A DNA stretch of 64,000 nt from Allosphingosinicella sp. (GTDB lineage: Bacteria; Pseudomonadota; Alphaproteobacteria; Sphingomonadales; Sphingomonadaceae), in assembly GCA_036386875.1 (NCBI GenBank), contig DASVUV010000058.1:9873-73872 (forward strand). The letters are read 5' to 3'. A program made the translations under genes and the position numbers. This document shows, piece by piece, positions 22,955-33,159 of this stretch (position 1 is its first letter; every line of letters begins with the position of its first letter). A model generated the notes under the pieces. That model was not told where the DNA came from. It worked only from the letters and a program-made list of their open reading frames with translations, and searched no databases.

Positions 22955-23376
22955 TCGTCAACTTCTACCACCTGGCGTCCACTCCGCTTGAGCGGGTCCT
23001 GCCCCTCGTCTGCCAGGGGCTGGTCGGGCAGGGGGAGCGGATGCTGGTGGTGGGCGACGAGGCTTTGATCGCGCGGCTGGACGAGCAGCTCTGGACGTTC
23101 GCGGCGGACAGCTTCGTGCCGCACGGACGGGAGCGGGCGGAGGCGCAGCCGGTGCTGCTGTCGACCGAGCCGGTGGCGGCGAACGGGGCGCGGGCGATCG
23201 CGCTTGCCGGCGGCGAGTGGCGCGAAGAGGCGCTGGGCTTCGACAAGGCCTACGTTTTCTTCGGCGACGAGGGGCTCGATGCGGCGCGCGGGCTGTGGCG
23301 GACTCTGAAGGGGAACAAGGCGGTGGAGCCGCGTTACTGGAAGCAGGTGGACGGCAAGTGGGTGCAGGGGCCGTAA
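22951..23376 (+). CDS. holC: DNA polymerase III chi subunit
   Basis: VNFYHL, LDEQLWT...SFVPHG; pepA-holC synteny. Confidence 0.9.
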   Translation: MIVNFYHLASTPLERVLPLVCQGLVGQGERMLVVGDEALIARLDEQLWTFAADSFVPHGRERAEAQPVLLSTEPVAANGARAIALAGGEWREEALGFDKAYVFFGDEGLDAARGLWRTLKGNKAVEPRYWKQVDGKWVQGP

Positions 23377-23446
23377 GTCTTGCCTCTCCGCAGCCTCTCC
23401 CCTAGAGGGCCGCGCAATCCTTTCCCCATCTGGAGCTTCAACGGCC

Positions 23447-23869
23447 ATGGCGACCGAACGCACTTTCTCGATCATCAAACCCGACGCCACGCGGCGCAAC
23501 CTGACCGGCGCGATCACCGCCAAGCTCGAGGAAGCCGGCCTGCGCGTTGTCGCCTCCAAGCGCATCCGGATGAGCCGCGAGCAGGCCGAGGGTTTTTACG
23601 GCGTCCACCGCGAGCGTCCGTTCTTCAACGATCTGGTCGAGTTCATGATCTCCGGTCCGGTGGTGGTGCAGGTGCTGGAAGGCGAGAACGCCGTCCTCGC
23701 AAACCGCGACGTGATGGGCGCGACCAACCCCGAGAACGCCGATGCGGGCACCATCCGCAAGGAATTCGCCGAGTCGATCGAGGCAAACTCGGTGCACGGC
23801 TCCGACAGCGCCGAGAATGCGGCGATCGAAATCGCCTTCTTCTTCAAGCCCGAAGAAATCGTCGGCTAA
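23447..23869 (+). CDS. ndk: Nucleoside-diphosphate kinase
   Basis: [17 protein letters not shown]. Confidence 0.98.
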   Translation: MATERTFSIIKPDATRRNLTGAITAKLEEAGLRVVASKRIRMSREQAEGFYGVHRERPFFNDLVEFMISGPVVVQVLEGENAVLANRDVMGATNPENADAGTIRKEFAESIEANSVHGSDSAENAAIEIAFFFKPEEIVG

Positions 23870-23870
23870 C

Positions 23871-24041
23871 CTAGTTCCTCCCCACCGCGAGATGGGGAGG
23901 GGAACCACCCGAAGGGTGGTGGAGGGGTAGTGGCGCTGGGGTCTGCGGGTCCGGCGCGTAAACCTCCTGATCCACGGCAGCTACCCCTCCACCATGCTTC
24001 GCATGGTTCCCCTCCCCACGCTATGGGCGGGGAGGAACTAG
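23871..24041. repeat. Family A palindromic repeat
   Basis: CTAGTTCCTCCCC...GGGGAGGAACTAG; overlaps the 3' end of purN. Confidence 0.92.
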
Positions 24042-24632
24042 GGCGACGTGGCCCGGCCTCAGGCGAGCGCAGAACGTGTCTAGCGCCTGGGGGTAGAGCT
24101 TGTGCTCCTCCTCGAGCACGCGGGCGGCCAGGCTCTCCGGTGTATCGCGCTCCCTGATCCGTATCTTCGCCTGGGCAAGCACCTCTCCCCCGTCCAGTTC
24201 CTCCGTCACCAGGTGCACCGAGCAGCCGCCGAACATCTCGCCGGCCAGGATTGCCCTCCTGTGGGTGTCCAGCCCTTTGTAGAGCGGCAGGAGCGAGGGG
24301 TGGATGTTGAGGATCCGGCCTTCCCAGGCGCGGATGAACTCGGGCGAGAGGAGGCGCATGTAGCCGGCCAGCGCGACCACTTCGACACCGTGCCGGCGTA
24401 GTTCCGTGTCCACCCGCATGTCGAACTCGGCGCGCCCCACACCCTTGTGGCTCTGTGACCAGGTCGGAATGGCGAGGCGCTTGGCGACCACCAGGCCGCG
24501 CGCTTCGGGAACGTTGGAGGCGACAAGGGCCAGATCGTAGCTGCGCGCCTCGCGTCGTTTGTATTCGGACAACGCGACCATGTTGGTGCCGCGCCCGGAG
24601 AGGAGCACGCCGACACGCACGCGCTCAGCCAT
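24021..24632 (-). CDS. purN: Phosphoribosylglycinamide formyltransferase
   Basis: [26 protein letters not shown]. Confidence 0.95.
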   Translation of the reverse strand: MAERVRVGVLLSGRGTNMVALSEYKRREARSYDLALVASNVPEARGLVVAKRLAIPTWSQSHKGVGRAEFDMRVDTELRRHGVEVVALAGYMRLLSPEFIRAWEGRILNIHPSLLPLYKGLDTHRRAILAGEMFGGCSVHLVTEELDGGEVLAQAKIRIRERDTPESLAARVLEEEHKLYPQALDTFCARLRPGHVALVPPRP

Positions 24633-25719
24633 TGTGGGTGGCGGTCCAGTCTGCCCGCGCGGACCAGTTGCCGGCCGAGCCGGAGACGGTGCAGCCCCGG
24701 GTGCCCTCGTCGATGCGGCCGATGCGGAAGACCGTTTCGCCGGCTTGTTCCGCGGCCTCCGTGACCGCGGCGGCGTCGGCTTCGCGGACGACCAGGGCCA
24801 TGCCGATGCCGCAGTTGAAGGTGCGGGCCATCTCCCCGGGCTCGATATTCCCCTGCGCCTGAAGAAAGGCCATTAGCCGCGGCTGGGTCCAGGCGTCGGC
24901 GTCGATGCGGGCGTGGAGGCCGTCGGGCAGCACGCGCGGGATGTTTTCCAGCAGGCCGCCGCCGGTGATGTGGGCCAGCGCCGCGATCCGGCCGCCGCGG
25001 ACCAGCGGGAGGAGCGACTTCACGTAGATGCGGGTCGGGGCGAGCAGGGCGTCGATCAGCACCACATCCTGATCGAACAAGGCCGGGCGGTCGAGCTTCC
25101 AGCCGCGGTCCGCGGCGAGGCGGCGGACAAGGGAGAAGCCGTTGGAATGGACTCCGGAGGAGGCGAGGCCGAGGATGACGTCGCCCGCCTCGACCCGCGC
25201 GCCGGTGAGAGCTTCGTCGCGCTCGACGGCGCCGACGCAGAAGCCGGCGAGGTCGTAATCGCCGGGCGCGTACATGCCTGGCATTTCCGCGGTCTCGCCG
25301 CCGATCAGCGCGCAGCCGGCCTGGCGGCAGCCGTCGGCGATTGAGGCAATGACGGCTTCCGCGACTCCGCTCTCCAGCTTGCCGGTGGCGAAATAATCGA
25401 GAAAGAAGAGCGGCTCGGCGCCTTGCACGATGAGGTCGTTGACGCACATCGCGACGAGATCGATGCCGACGCCTTCGTGGCGGCCCGCGTCGATGGCGAG
25501 CTTGAGCTTGGTGCCGACGCCGTCGTTGGCAGCCACCAGCAGCGGATCGCGATAGCCGGCCGCCTTCAAGTCGAAGAAGCCGCCGAACCCGCCGAGCGAA
25601 GCGTCCGCGCCGGGGCGGGCGGTGGATTTGGCGAGCGGCGCAATCGCCTTCACCAGCGCGTTGCCCGCGGCGATGGAAACGCCCGCCTTGGCGTAGGTAT
25701 AGGGTTCGTCGACGCTCAA
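24625..25719 (-). CDS. purM: AIR synthetase
   Basis: [31 protein letters not shown]; probable TTG start at 25719. Confidence 0.96.
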   Translation of the reverse strand: MSVDEPYTYAKAGVSIAAGNALVKAIAPLAKSTARPGADASLGGFGGFFDLKAAGYRDPLLVAANDGVGTKLKLAIDAGRHEGVGIDLVAMCVNDLIVQGAEPLFFLDYFATGKLESGVAEAVIASIADGCRQAGCALIGGETAEMPGMYAPGDYDLAGFCVGAVERDEALTGARVEAGDVILGLASSGVHSNGFSLVRRLAADRGWKLDRPALFDQDVVLIDALLAPTRIYVKSLLPLVRGGRIAALAHITGGGLLENIPRVLPDGLHARIDADAWTQPRLMAFLQAQGNIEPGEMARTFNCGIGMALVVREADAAAVTEAAEQAGETVFRIGRIDEGTRGCTVSGSAGNWSARADWTATHNG

Positions 25720-25769
25720 TTCTTTCGCCCCGTCTCCACCACCCCGCTCATCCTGAGGAGGGACTGAGC

Positions 25770-25805
25770 AGGGTCCCATCAAAGTACTACTTTGATGGGG
25801 TCCCG
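25770..25805. mobile_element. Nested palindromic mini-element, copy 1
   Basis: AGGGTCCCATCAAAGTACTACTTTGATGGGGTCCCG between CTGAGC and TTGTCGAAG. Confidence 0.75.
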
Positions 25806-25866
25806 TTGTCGAAGGCCCGTCTCGAAGGACCGCCACCGTGCGTCCTTCGAGACGCCGGTTCGACAA

Positions 25867-25903
25867 CGGGCCCCCGCCAAAGTAGTACTTTGGCGGGAAC
25901 CCT
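25867..25903. mobile_element. Nested palindromic mini-element, copy 2
   Basis: CGGGCCCCCGCCAAAGTAGTACTTTGGCGGGAACCCT between TTCGACAA and GCTCA. Confidence 0.75.
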
Positions 25904-26008
25904 GCTCACCGGCTCCTCAGGATGAGCGGGGGTGGTGATTGTGCTCTCCAGGCCGGACCTAACCACATCGCGCTTGGATTTCCACGCTCAACTCGCCAAA
26001 AGGCGCTC

Positions 26009-27250
26009 GTGAAGCTTCCGCGCCGCCTTCTTCTCCCGTCCGCCCTGCTCGCCACCGCCCTTGCCGGCGGGGTGGTCTATGCGCAGCTCGAGGGCGCCGA
26101 CCGGGGCGTGCCGCCGATCGACAGCGCAAGCACCTTCGAGATCACGGGCGTTGAGGTCGACACTACCGGCAAGACCGCCGAGGAAGCGCGCGAGGCGGGC
26201 TGGCGGGCGGCGCAGCTCAAGGGCTGGAAGGCGCTTTGGGCCAAAACCAACGGGCGGCCGATCGCGGAAGCGCCTGACCTCCCCGAATCGACCCTGAACG
26301 GCATGGTGTCGGGAATCATCGTCGAGAACGAGCAGATCGGCCCGACCCGCTATATCGCGACGCTGGGCGTGTTGTTCGACCGGGCGCGGACCGGGCAATT
26401 GCTCGGGGTGAGCGGGCCGGTGCAGCGTTCGGCGCCGATGCTGGTCATTCCCGTGATGCTGACCGGATCGTCTTTCCAGACCTTCGAATCGCGCAACGAG
26501 TGGCAGAAAGCCTGGGCGCGGTTCCGAACGGTGAACAGCCCGATCGATTATGTGCGGACGTCGGGTTCGGGGATCGACCCGCTGCTGCTCAACGTAACCC
26601 AGACCAAGCGGCCGGGGCGCGGCTGGTGGCGGCTGCTGCTTGATCAATATGGCGCCGCCGACGTGGTGGTGCCCGAAGTGCATCTGCGGCGCACCTATCC
26701 CGGCGGACCCGCGACGGCGACGTTCATCGCTCGCTACGGCCCCGACAACCAGATCCTCGGCCGGCTGACCCTGCGCGCGTCGAACAGCGCAACGATCCCG
26801 CGGATGATGGACGAGGGGGTTCGCCGCCTCGATGCGATCTACGCCGAAGCGCTCGCCGCCGGGGCGCTTCACCCGGATCCCAGCCTGATCATACCGGAGC
26901 CGCCGCCTATCGAGGAATTCGTCGAGGAAGACGCGCCGGTGACCGCGCGGGCGCCGACGTCCGTGCAGCCGACGGGGCCGATGCCGACCGGCGACGCGCC
27001 AACGGGTGCGGTGCAGAGCTTCACCATCCAGGTGCCGACCGCCGATGCCGCGGCGGTTGCCCAGGCGGAGATCGCGGTCAGCCGGGTGCGCGGCGTGACG
27101 TCGGCGATCACCACCAGCCAGTCGCTCGGCGGCACTTCGACGATGCGGGTGACCTACACGGGCGACGGCGCAGCCCTTTCCGCCGCGCTCGAGGCGCAAG
27201 GGTGGAGCGTCTCCGGCTCCGGCACGTCCCTGCGCATCTCGCGAAACTGA
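26009..27250 (+). CDS. Exported protein (DUF2066-like N-terminus, small C-terminal alpha/beta domain)
   Basis: Signal/TM segment; VEVDTTGKTAEEAREAGWR; conserved position between purM and hda in alphaproteobacteria. Confidence 0.75.
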   Translation: MKLPRRLLLPSALLATALAGGVVYAQLEGADRGVPPIDSASTFEITGVEVDTTGKTAEEAREAGWRAAQLKGWKALWAKTNGRPIAEAPDLPESTLNGMVSGIIVENEQIGPTRYIATLGVLFDRARTGQLLGVSGPVQRSAPMLVIPVMLTGSSFQTFESRNEWQKAWARFRTVNSPIDYVRTSGSGIDPLLLNVTQTKRPGRGWWRLLLDQYGAADVVVPEVHLRRTYPGGPATATFIARYGPDNQILGRLTLRASNSATIPRMMDEGVRRLDAIYAEALAAGALHPDPSLIIPEPPPIEEFVEEDAPVTARAPTSVQPTGPMPTGDAPTGAVQSFTIQVPTADAAAVAQAEIAVSRVRGVTSAITTSQSLGGTSTMRVTYTGDGAALSAALEAQGWSVSGSGTSLRISRN

Positions 27251-27251
27251 C

Positions 27252-27872
27252 ATGGCGCAGATCGCGCTGCCGCTTGACTGGCCGGTGGCGGACCGCGACG
27301 AGGATTTCCTGCTGTCGCCGGCGAACAACCATGTTTTCGATCACCTGACCCGCTGGACGACCTGGCCGGTAATGGCGAGCCTCGTCACCGGGCCGCGCAA
27401 GTCTGGGCGGAGCCTGCTCGGGCGCATTTTCGTGCGCAAAACCGGTGGGCGGCTGTTCGACGATGCCGAGCGGCACGAGGAGGAAGCGATCTTCCACGCC
27501 TGGAACGACGCGCAGGAGCGGCGGCGGCCGCTGCTGATCATCGCCGACGCGCCGCCGCCCGGGTGGCGGATCGGGCTTGCGGATCTGCGTTCGCGGCTTG
27601 CGGCCACTCCGCAACTCGTCATTGGAGCGCCCGACGACCGGCTGATCGGCGACCTGATCGTGAAGCTCCTGGCCGACCGTGGCATTTTCGCGCCGCCCGA
27701 AGTGGCCGAATATCTCGTGCCCCGGATCGAAAGAAGCTACCTCGCGGTTCAAATGGTCGTGGACGCCCTCGACAGAGCCCTTTTCTCCCACGGCCGGCGC
27801 CTGACCGTGCCGATGGCCAAGCGCGCGCTCGGCGAGGCCGGAATCATCCGCCGCGCACGGGGACCCGAATGA
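27252..27872 (+). CDS. hdaA: HdaA/DnaA-family regulatory protein
   Basis: N-terminal clamp-binding-like [20 protein letters not shown]. Confidence 0.85.
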   Translation: MAQIALPLDWPVADRDEDFLLSPANNHVFDHLTRWTTWPVMASLVTGPRKSGRSLLGRIFVRKTGGRLFDDAERHEEEAIFHAWNDAQERRRPLLIIADAPPPGWRIGLADLRSRLAATPQLVIGAPDDRLIGDLIVKLLADRGIFAPPEVAEYLVPRIERSYLAVQMVVDALDRALFSHGRRLTVPMAKRALGEAGIIRRARGPE

Positions 27873-30040
27873 AGAACCGGCCGTCTTTCTCCGGTGTGGC
27901 GGCGAGCGCCGACCGGCCGCCGGCCGCGGCGCGCACCGTCAAGGACCTGTATTTCAACCGGGAGCTTTCCTGGCTCGCATTCAACCGGCGGGTGCTGGAG
28001 GAAGCGTCGAACCCGGCGCATCCGCTGCTGGAGCGGCTGCGCTTCCTGTCGATCTCCGGCAATAATCTCGACGAATTCTTCATGGTGCGGGTGGCGGGCC
28101 TCAAGGGCCAGCAATTGCTGGGCGTCGAGGAAGCGTCGGCGGATGGGATGACTCCGGGCCAGCAGCTCCAGGCGATCGCCGAAGCGAGCGAGGAACTGGC
28201 TGACGCGCAGCAGGCGGTATGGCGGGAGCTTCGGCATTTGCTCGGCGAGGCGGGACTTAGCGTGATCCGCGGCAACGAGCTCGACGAGGAATGCGCCGCC
28301 TGGGTCGATAAGCATTTCCGCGAGCAGATCTTTCCCATCCTCACCCCCCAGGCGATCGATCCTGCGCACCCTTTCCCGTTCATCCCGAACAAGGGCTTCT
28401 CGCTGATCTTCGACCTCAGGCGGCTGAAGGACGGCGAGCCGATCCGCGAGCTGCTGATGGTGCCGGCCACGTTGCCGCGCTTCCTCCGCCTGCCCGGCAA
28501 GGAGGCGCGGTACATCGCCATCGAGTCGCTCATCCGGCGGCATATCGGCACAATCTTCCCAGGCTACGAGCATCTCGGCGGCGGCGCGTTCCGGATCATC
28601 CGCGACAGCGACATCGAGGTGGAAGAGGAAGCCGAGGACCTGGTCCGCTACTTCCGGAGCGCGATCAAAAGGCGGCGGCGGGGGCGCGTGATCCGGCTCA
28701 AGTTCGAGGCGGACATGCCGGAGGACTTGCAGGCGCTGGTCCGCGAGGGCGTGGACGCGAGCGCCGCCCTTGTGTCGGCCTCGGCGGGGTTCCTCGGTGT
28801 CGCGGACCTCGGCACGCTGGTCGACGAAGACCGCGCCGACCTCAAATTTTCGCCTTACGATCCGCGCTTTCCCGAGCGGATTCGCGAGCATGGCGGCGAT
28901 TGCTTCGCGGCGATCCGGTCCAAGGACATCGTTATCCACCACCCCTATGAAACCTTCGAGGTGGTGGTCGAATTCCTCAAGCAGGCGGCGGCCGATCCCG
29001 ATGTGGTGGCGATCAAGCAGACGCTGTACCGCGCCGGCGACCAGTCGCCGGTGATCCGCGCGCTGATCGACGCTGCCGAAGCGGGCAAATCGGTCACCGC
29101 CGTGGTGGAATTGAAGGCGCGGTTCGACGAGGAGCAGAATTTGCTCTGGGCCACTGCGCTGGAGCGGGCCGGGGTGCAGGTCGTCTACGGCTTCATCGAC
29201 TGGAAGACGCACGCCAAGGTGTCCATGGTGGTCCGCCGCGAGGAGAAGGGCTACCGCACCTACTGCCACTTCGGCACCGGCAACTACCATCCGGTGACGG
29301 CGCGCATCTATACGGACCTGAGCTTCTTCACCGCCGATCCGCGGCTTGGGCGCGATGCTACGCAATTGTTCAACTATATCACCGGCTATGTCGAGCCGCG
29401 CGACCTGGAGCTGCTGACCATGTCGCCGCACGGGCTTCGCGACGAGCTCAGCCGTCTGATCGAGACGGAGATCGCGAATGTGCGCGGCGGAGGGCACGGG
29501 GCGATCTGGGCGAAGATGAATTCGCTGGTCGATCCGGCCATCATCGACCGGCTCTATGAGGCGAGCGCGGCGGGGGTGGACGTCGAGCTGATCGTGCGCG
29601 GCATCTGCTGCCTTCGCCCGGGCGTGCCCGGCTTGTCGGAGAACATCCGGGTGAAATCGATCGTCGGGCGCTTCCTGGAGCATAGCCGAATCTGGTGCTT
29701 CGGGAATGGCGATGCCTTGCCCAATCGCAAGGCGACGATGTTCATCAGCTCGGCCGACTGGATGCCGCGCAATTTCGACCGGCGGGTGGAATATATGCTG
29801 CGGATCGAGAACCCGACGGTGCACGCCCAGGTGCTTGATCAGGTGCTGGTCGCCAATCTGATCGACAATGAGCAGAGCTGGCGGCTTCACCCGGACGGGA
29901 GCTACGAGCGGCTTGGGCCGGACGGCGAGCCGCCGTTCAACCTCCATCGCTATTTCATGACCAACCCGAGCCTGTCGGGGCGCGGCGCGGCCTTGCGGAG
30001 CGGTGCGGTGCCGAAGCTCCGGCTGAGGCTGGATCACTGA
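27869..30040 (+). CDS. ppk1: Polyphosphate kinase 1
   Basis: [41 protein letters not shown]. Confidence 0.97.
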   Translation: MKNRPSFSGVAASADRPPAAARTVKDLYFNRELSWLAFNRRVLEEASNPAHPLLERLRFLSISGNNLDEFFMVRVAGLKGQQLLGVEEASADGMTPGQQLQAIAEASEELADAQQAVWRELRHLLGEAGLSVIRGNELDEECAAWVDKHFREQIFPILTPQAIDPAHPFPFIPNKGFSLIFDLRRLKDGEPIRELLMVPATLPRFLRLPGKEARYIAIESLIRRHIGTIFPGYEHLGGGAFRIIRDSDIEVEEEAEDLVRYFRSAIKRRRRGRVIRLKFEADMPEDLQALVREGVDASAALVSASAGFLGVADLGTLVDEDRADLKFSPYDPRFPERIREHGGDCFAAIRSKDIVIHHPYETFEVVVEFLKQAAADPDVVAIKQTLYRAGDQSPVIRALIDAAEAGKSVTAVVELKARFDEEQNLLWATALERAGVQVVYGFIDWKTHAKVSMVVRREEKGYRTYCHFGTGNYHPVTARIYTDLSFFTADPRLGRDATQLFNYITGYVEPRDLELLTMSPHGLRDELSRLIETEIANVRGGGHGAIWAKMNSLVDPAIIDRLYEASAAGVDVELIVRGICCLRPGVPGLSENIRVKSIVGRFLEHSRIWCFGNGDALPNRKATMFISSADWMPRNFDRRVEYMLRIENPTVHAQVLDQVLVANLIDNEQSWRLHPDGSYERLGPDGEPPFNLHRYFMTNPSLSGRGAALRSGAVPKLRLRLDH

Positions 30041-31503
30041 TGCCGGACAGCGAGCCGCTTGCGATCGTCGACATCGGGTCGAACTCGGTACGCCTGGTCG
30101 TCTACGCGGGAACCCGGCGCATTCCCTCGGTGGCGTTCAACGAAAAGGTGCTGGCGGGGCTTGGCGCCGGGTTGGCGGAGACGGGGCGGCTTTCGGACGC
30201 CTCGCAGAAGCGCGCGCTTGCCGCCTTGCGCCGGTTCAAGCTGCTGATCGAGCAGATGGGCGTGGCCCGCACGCGGGTCGTCGCCACCGCGGCGGCGCGG
30301 GATGCGGAGAACGGGCCTGCTTTCCTCGACGCGATCCGGGCGATCGGTTTCGAGCCCGAAGTGATTTCCGGCGAGATGGAGGGCGTGCTTGCCGGGGAAG
30401 GGGTGCTGTCCGGCATTCCCGACGCCGAAGGCGTGGTCGGCGATCTCGGCGGCGGCAGCCTGGAGCTTGCCGAGGTGGGTGGCGGCAAGGTGTCGCACAG
30501 CGTCTCGCTGCCGCTCGGCGTGCTGCGGATCGGCGAGCCGGACAAGAAGGCCGAGGACAAGGTGCGGCGCACCTTGCGGGCGGCGCTGAAGAAGCAGGGC
30601 TTGCTGGTGGCCGGGCGGGGCAAGCCCTTCTACCTCGTCGGCGGATCGTGGCGGGCGCTGGCCCGGCTCGACATCATTACGACTGGGCATCCGCTGCCCA
30701 TCACTCACCAATATTGCATGGCAAGCGGGCGGCCGGCCGAGCTCCGGCGGATCTTGAAGGATCTGGAGCGCACCGATCCGAAGAGCATCCCGACGCTGAC
30801 CGCCACGCGCATCCCGACGCTGCCAGCGGCCAAGCTGATCCTGAATGTTCTGGCGGAGGAGCTGCAGCCGAGCCGGCTTGTGGTTTCGAGCTTCGGCATT
30901 CGTGAGGGGCTGCTCTACCATGCGCTGACCGATGAGGAGCGGGCGCGCGATCCTTTGCTCGAGGCGGCCCGGCATGCGGGCAGGGGGCTCAGCCGCTTCG
31001 GCGAACATGGCGACCTGCTCGACGCCTGGATCGCGCCGGTGTTCGACGATCCGCCGGAGATCGCACGACTGCGGCGCGCGGCCTGCTTGCTGGCGGATGT
31101 GGCCTGGCAGGCGCATCCCGATTTCCGCGCCGAGCGCGGGCTCGAGATGGCGCTGCACGGCAACTGGGTCGGCGTGGATTCGTGCCAGCGGGTGATGATC
31201 GCTCAGGCCTTGTGGGCCAATTTCGGCGGCGGCAAGGGTTTGCCCGATCCGGCGGTGAGCGCTCTGTGTCCGCCGGAGCGGCTTGAGCGCGCAAATCTTT
31301 GGGGGCTTGCGATGCGCCTCGGCCAGCGGCTGAGCGGGGGCCTGGCGGCAAGTTTGGAGCGGAGCAGCCTGCGCTGCGCCAGCGGGGTACTGACCCTGAC
31401 GCTGCCGAAGGGCGAAGTGGCGCTGTACGGCGAAACGGTGGACCGGCGCTTCCGGCGCCTCGCCGCGGCGCTGAAGTGCAAGCCGGAGCTGGCGAGCGAG
31501 TAA
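30040..31503 (+). CDS. ppx: Exopolyphosphatase Ppx/GppA
   Basis: IVDIGSNSVRL, ATAAARDA, DLGGGSLE, GIREG. Confidence 0.94.
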   Translation: MPDSEPLAIVDIGSNSVRLVVYAGTRRIPSVAFNEKVLAGLGAGLAETGRLSDASQKRALAALRRFKLLIEQMGVARTRVVATAAARDAENGPAFLDAIRAIGFEPEVISGEMEGVLAGEGVLSGIPDAEGVVGDLGGGSLELAEVGGGKVSHSVSLPLGVLRIGEPDKKAEDKVRRTLRAALKKQGLLVAGRGKPFYLVGGSWRALARLDIITTGHPLPITHQYCMASGRPAELRRILKDLERTDPKSIPTLTATRIPTLPAAKLILNVLAEELQPSRLVVSSFGIREGLLYHALTDEERARDPLLEAARHAGRGLSRFGEHGDLLDAWIAPVFDDPPEIARLRRAACLLADVAWQAHPDFRAERGLEMALHGNWVGVDSCQRVMIAQALWANFGGGKGLPDPAVSALCPPERLERANLWGLAMRLGQRLSGGLAASLERSSLRCASGVLTLTLPKGEVALYGETVDRRFRRLAAALKCKPELASE

Positions 31504-31705
31504 TTCCTCCCCATCGAAGTTGGGGAGGGGAACCACCCGCAGGGTGGTGGAGGGGTAACGGCGCTGAGGTTTGTGGATCAGGCACCTCTCCCTCAGAACC
31601 CACAGCATTTACCCCTCCACCATGCTTCACGGGCACCCGCCAAAGTAATACTTTGGCGGGAACCCTGCATGGTTCCCCTCGTCACGCTTCGCGCAGGGAG
31701 GAACA
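31503..31705. repeat. Family A repeat with a nested mini-element
   Basis: ATTCCTCCCC...GGGAGGAAC, starting at the ppx stop. Confidence 0.88.
31630..31666. mobile_element. Nested palindromic mini-element, copy 3
   Basis: CGGGCACCCGCCAAAGTAATACTTTGGCGGGAACCCT in the loop of CCATGC-TTCA-GCATGG. Confidence 0.75.
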
Positions 31706-31723
31706 GGATGTCCTGCGTCTCAT

Positions 31724-31874
31724 GATCCTCCCCCGGCTTTCCGGGGGAGGGGGACCGCACGAAGTGCGGTGGAGGGGCCCGCAGCGAAGCGGAGGGTGTT
31801 AGACGCTCGCTGCGCTCGCGCCCCTCCACCAGCCTTCGGCTGGTCCCCCTCCCCTGCAAATGCAGGGGAGGATT
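31724..31874. repeat. Family A repeat (ATCCTCCCC subtype)
   Basis: ATCCTCCCCCGG...GGGGGAGGGGGACC...TGCAGGGGAGGAT. Confidence 0.88.
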
Positions 31875-31881
31875 AGTGGCC

Positions 31882-33057
31882 TTACCCCCCGATCTCCGTC
31901 CTGGTCATGATCAGCTTGCCGCCCTTCACCGCGAACGCCACGCGGCCTTCGACCAGATCCAGCGCTTCGTGGCCGAACTGGTCGAACCGCCAGCCTTTCA
32001 GGATGGAGAGGCCGTCGCGCTTGCCGGCGGCAAGCATTTCCAGCTCCTCGGTGCGGGCGATCAGCTTGGAGGCGACGTTGCTTTCGCGGGACCGAATCTT
32101 GAGGAGGAGCTTCAACAGGTCCGCAACAAGCGCGCCTTCCTTGCCGAGGCCGGGACCACGGTCCTCACGGGTCGGCATTTCCTCGGGCGGCAGCGGCTCG
32201 GCGTTCTGCAGGGCGGCCATCAGCCGGCCGCCGATATCGTTGCCCGCCCAGGCCGGGGAGAGGCCGCGCACCCGGGCGAGGGCGTCCTGCGAACTCGGCG
32301 GGTGGGCGGCGACGTCGGCCAGGGTTTCGTCCTTCATGATCCGCCCGCGGGGCAGGTTCTTGCCGCGCGCCTCGATCTCGCGCCAGGCGGCGGCGGCCTT
32401 GAGGCGGCCGAGCACATCGGCCTTGCGGCTTGCGACGCGCACGCGCTTCCACGCGGCTTCGGGATCGTTTTCGTAATTGGACGGATCGGCGATGCGCTCC
32501 ATTTCCTCGTCCAGCCATTCGCCGCGCGAGGTCTTGCGAAGCCGTTCCAGCATCTTGGGGAACAGGGTGGCGAGGTAGGTGACGTCGCCGATCGCATAAT
32601 CGATCTGGCGCTTGTCGAGCGGCCGCCGCGCCCAATCGGTAAAGCGCGCGCCCTTATCGAGCGCCGTGCCGAGCAGGCTTTCGACCAGGTTGGAATAACC
32701 GACCTGCTCGCCGAGTCCGAGCGCCATTGCCGCGATCTGGGTGTCGAACAGCGGAAACGGCGTCTTGCCGGTAAGGTTGTAGATGATCTCGATATCCTGC
32801 CCGCCGGCGTGGAAGACCTTCAAGACCTCCTGATTGTCGGTGAGCAGCTCCAGCATCGGCGTCAAATCGATGCCGGGCGCCTTGGGATCGATCGCCGCCG
32901 CTTCGTTTTCGTCGCCGATCTGGATCAGGCAGAGTTCGGGCCAATAGCTGTTCTCGCGCATGAACTCGGTGTCCACGGCGATGAAGGGCGATTGGGAAAG
33001 GCGTTCGCACAAGGACTTGAGCGACTCGCTGTCGGTGATCAGGGGATGGATATGCAT
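31882..33057 (-). CDS. rnd: Ribonuclease D
   Basis: AVDTEFMRENSYWPELCLIQ, DTQIAA, TDWARRPL, HRDC domain. Confidence 0.95.
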   Translation of the reverse strand: MHIHPLITDSESLKSLCERLSQSPFIAVDTEFMRENSYWPELCLIQIGDENEAAAIDPKAPGIDLTPMLELLTDNQEVLKVFHAGGQDIEIIYNLTGKTPFPLFDTQIAAMALGLGEQVGYSNLVESLLGTALDKGARFTDWARRPLDKRQIDYAIGDVTYLATLFPKMLERLRKTSRGEWLDEEMERIADPSNYENDPEAAWKRVRVASRKADVLGRLKAAAAWREIEARGKNLPRGRIMKDETLADVAAHPPSSQDALARVRGLSPAWAGNDIGGRLMAALQNAEPLPPEEMPTREDRGPGLGKEGALVADLLKLLLKIRSRESNVASKLIARTEELEMLAAGKRDGLSILKGWRFDQFGHEALDLVEGRVAFAVKGGKLIMTRTEIGG

Positions 33058-33159
33058 TGGCCGCCCTCATAGCGAGGGCGTCGACGCTTGACAAAGGCAG
33101 GCTGCACTGGGAAGCGCGCGGCTTCAATTCACCTCGGTAAAGACACGGAAAGCGGCCCC

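Larger units (their letters stand above)
25743..25930. repeat. Family C palindromic repeat (CCGCTCATCCTGAGGAG...) with two nested 36-37-bp elements
   Basis: Terminal inverted CCGCTCATCCTGAGGAG / CTCCTCAGGATGAGCGG; inner CGTCTCGAAGGA / TCCTTCGAGACG. Confidence 0.9.
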
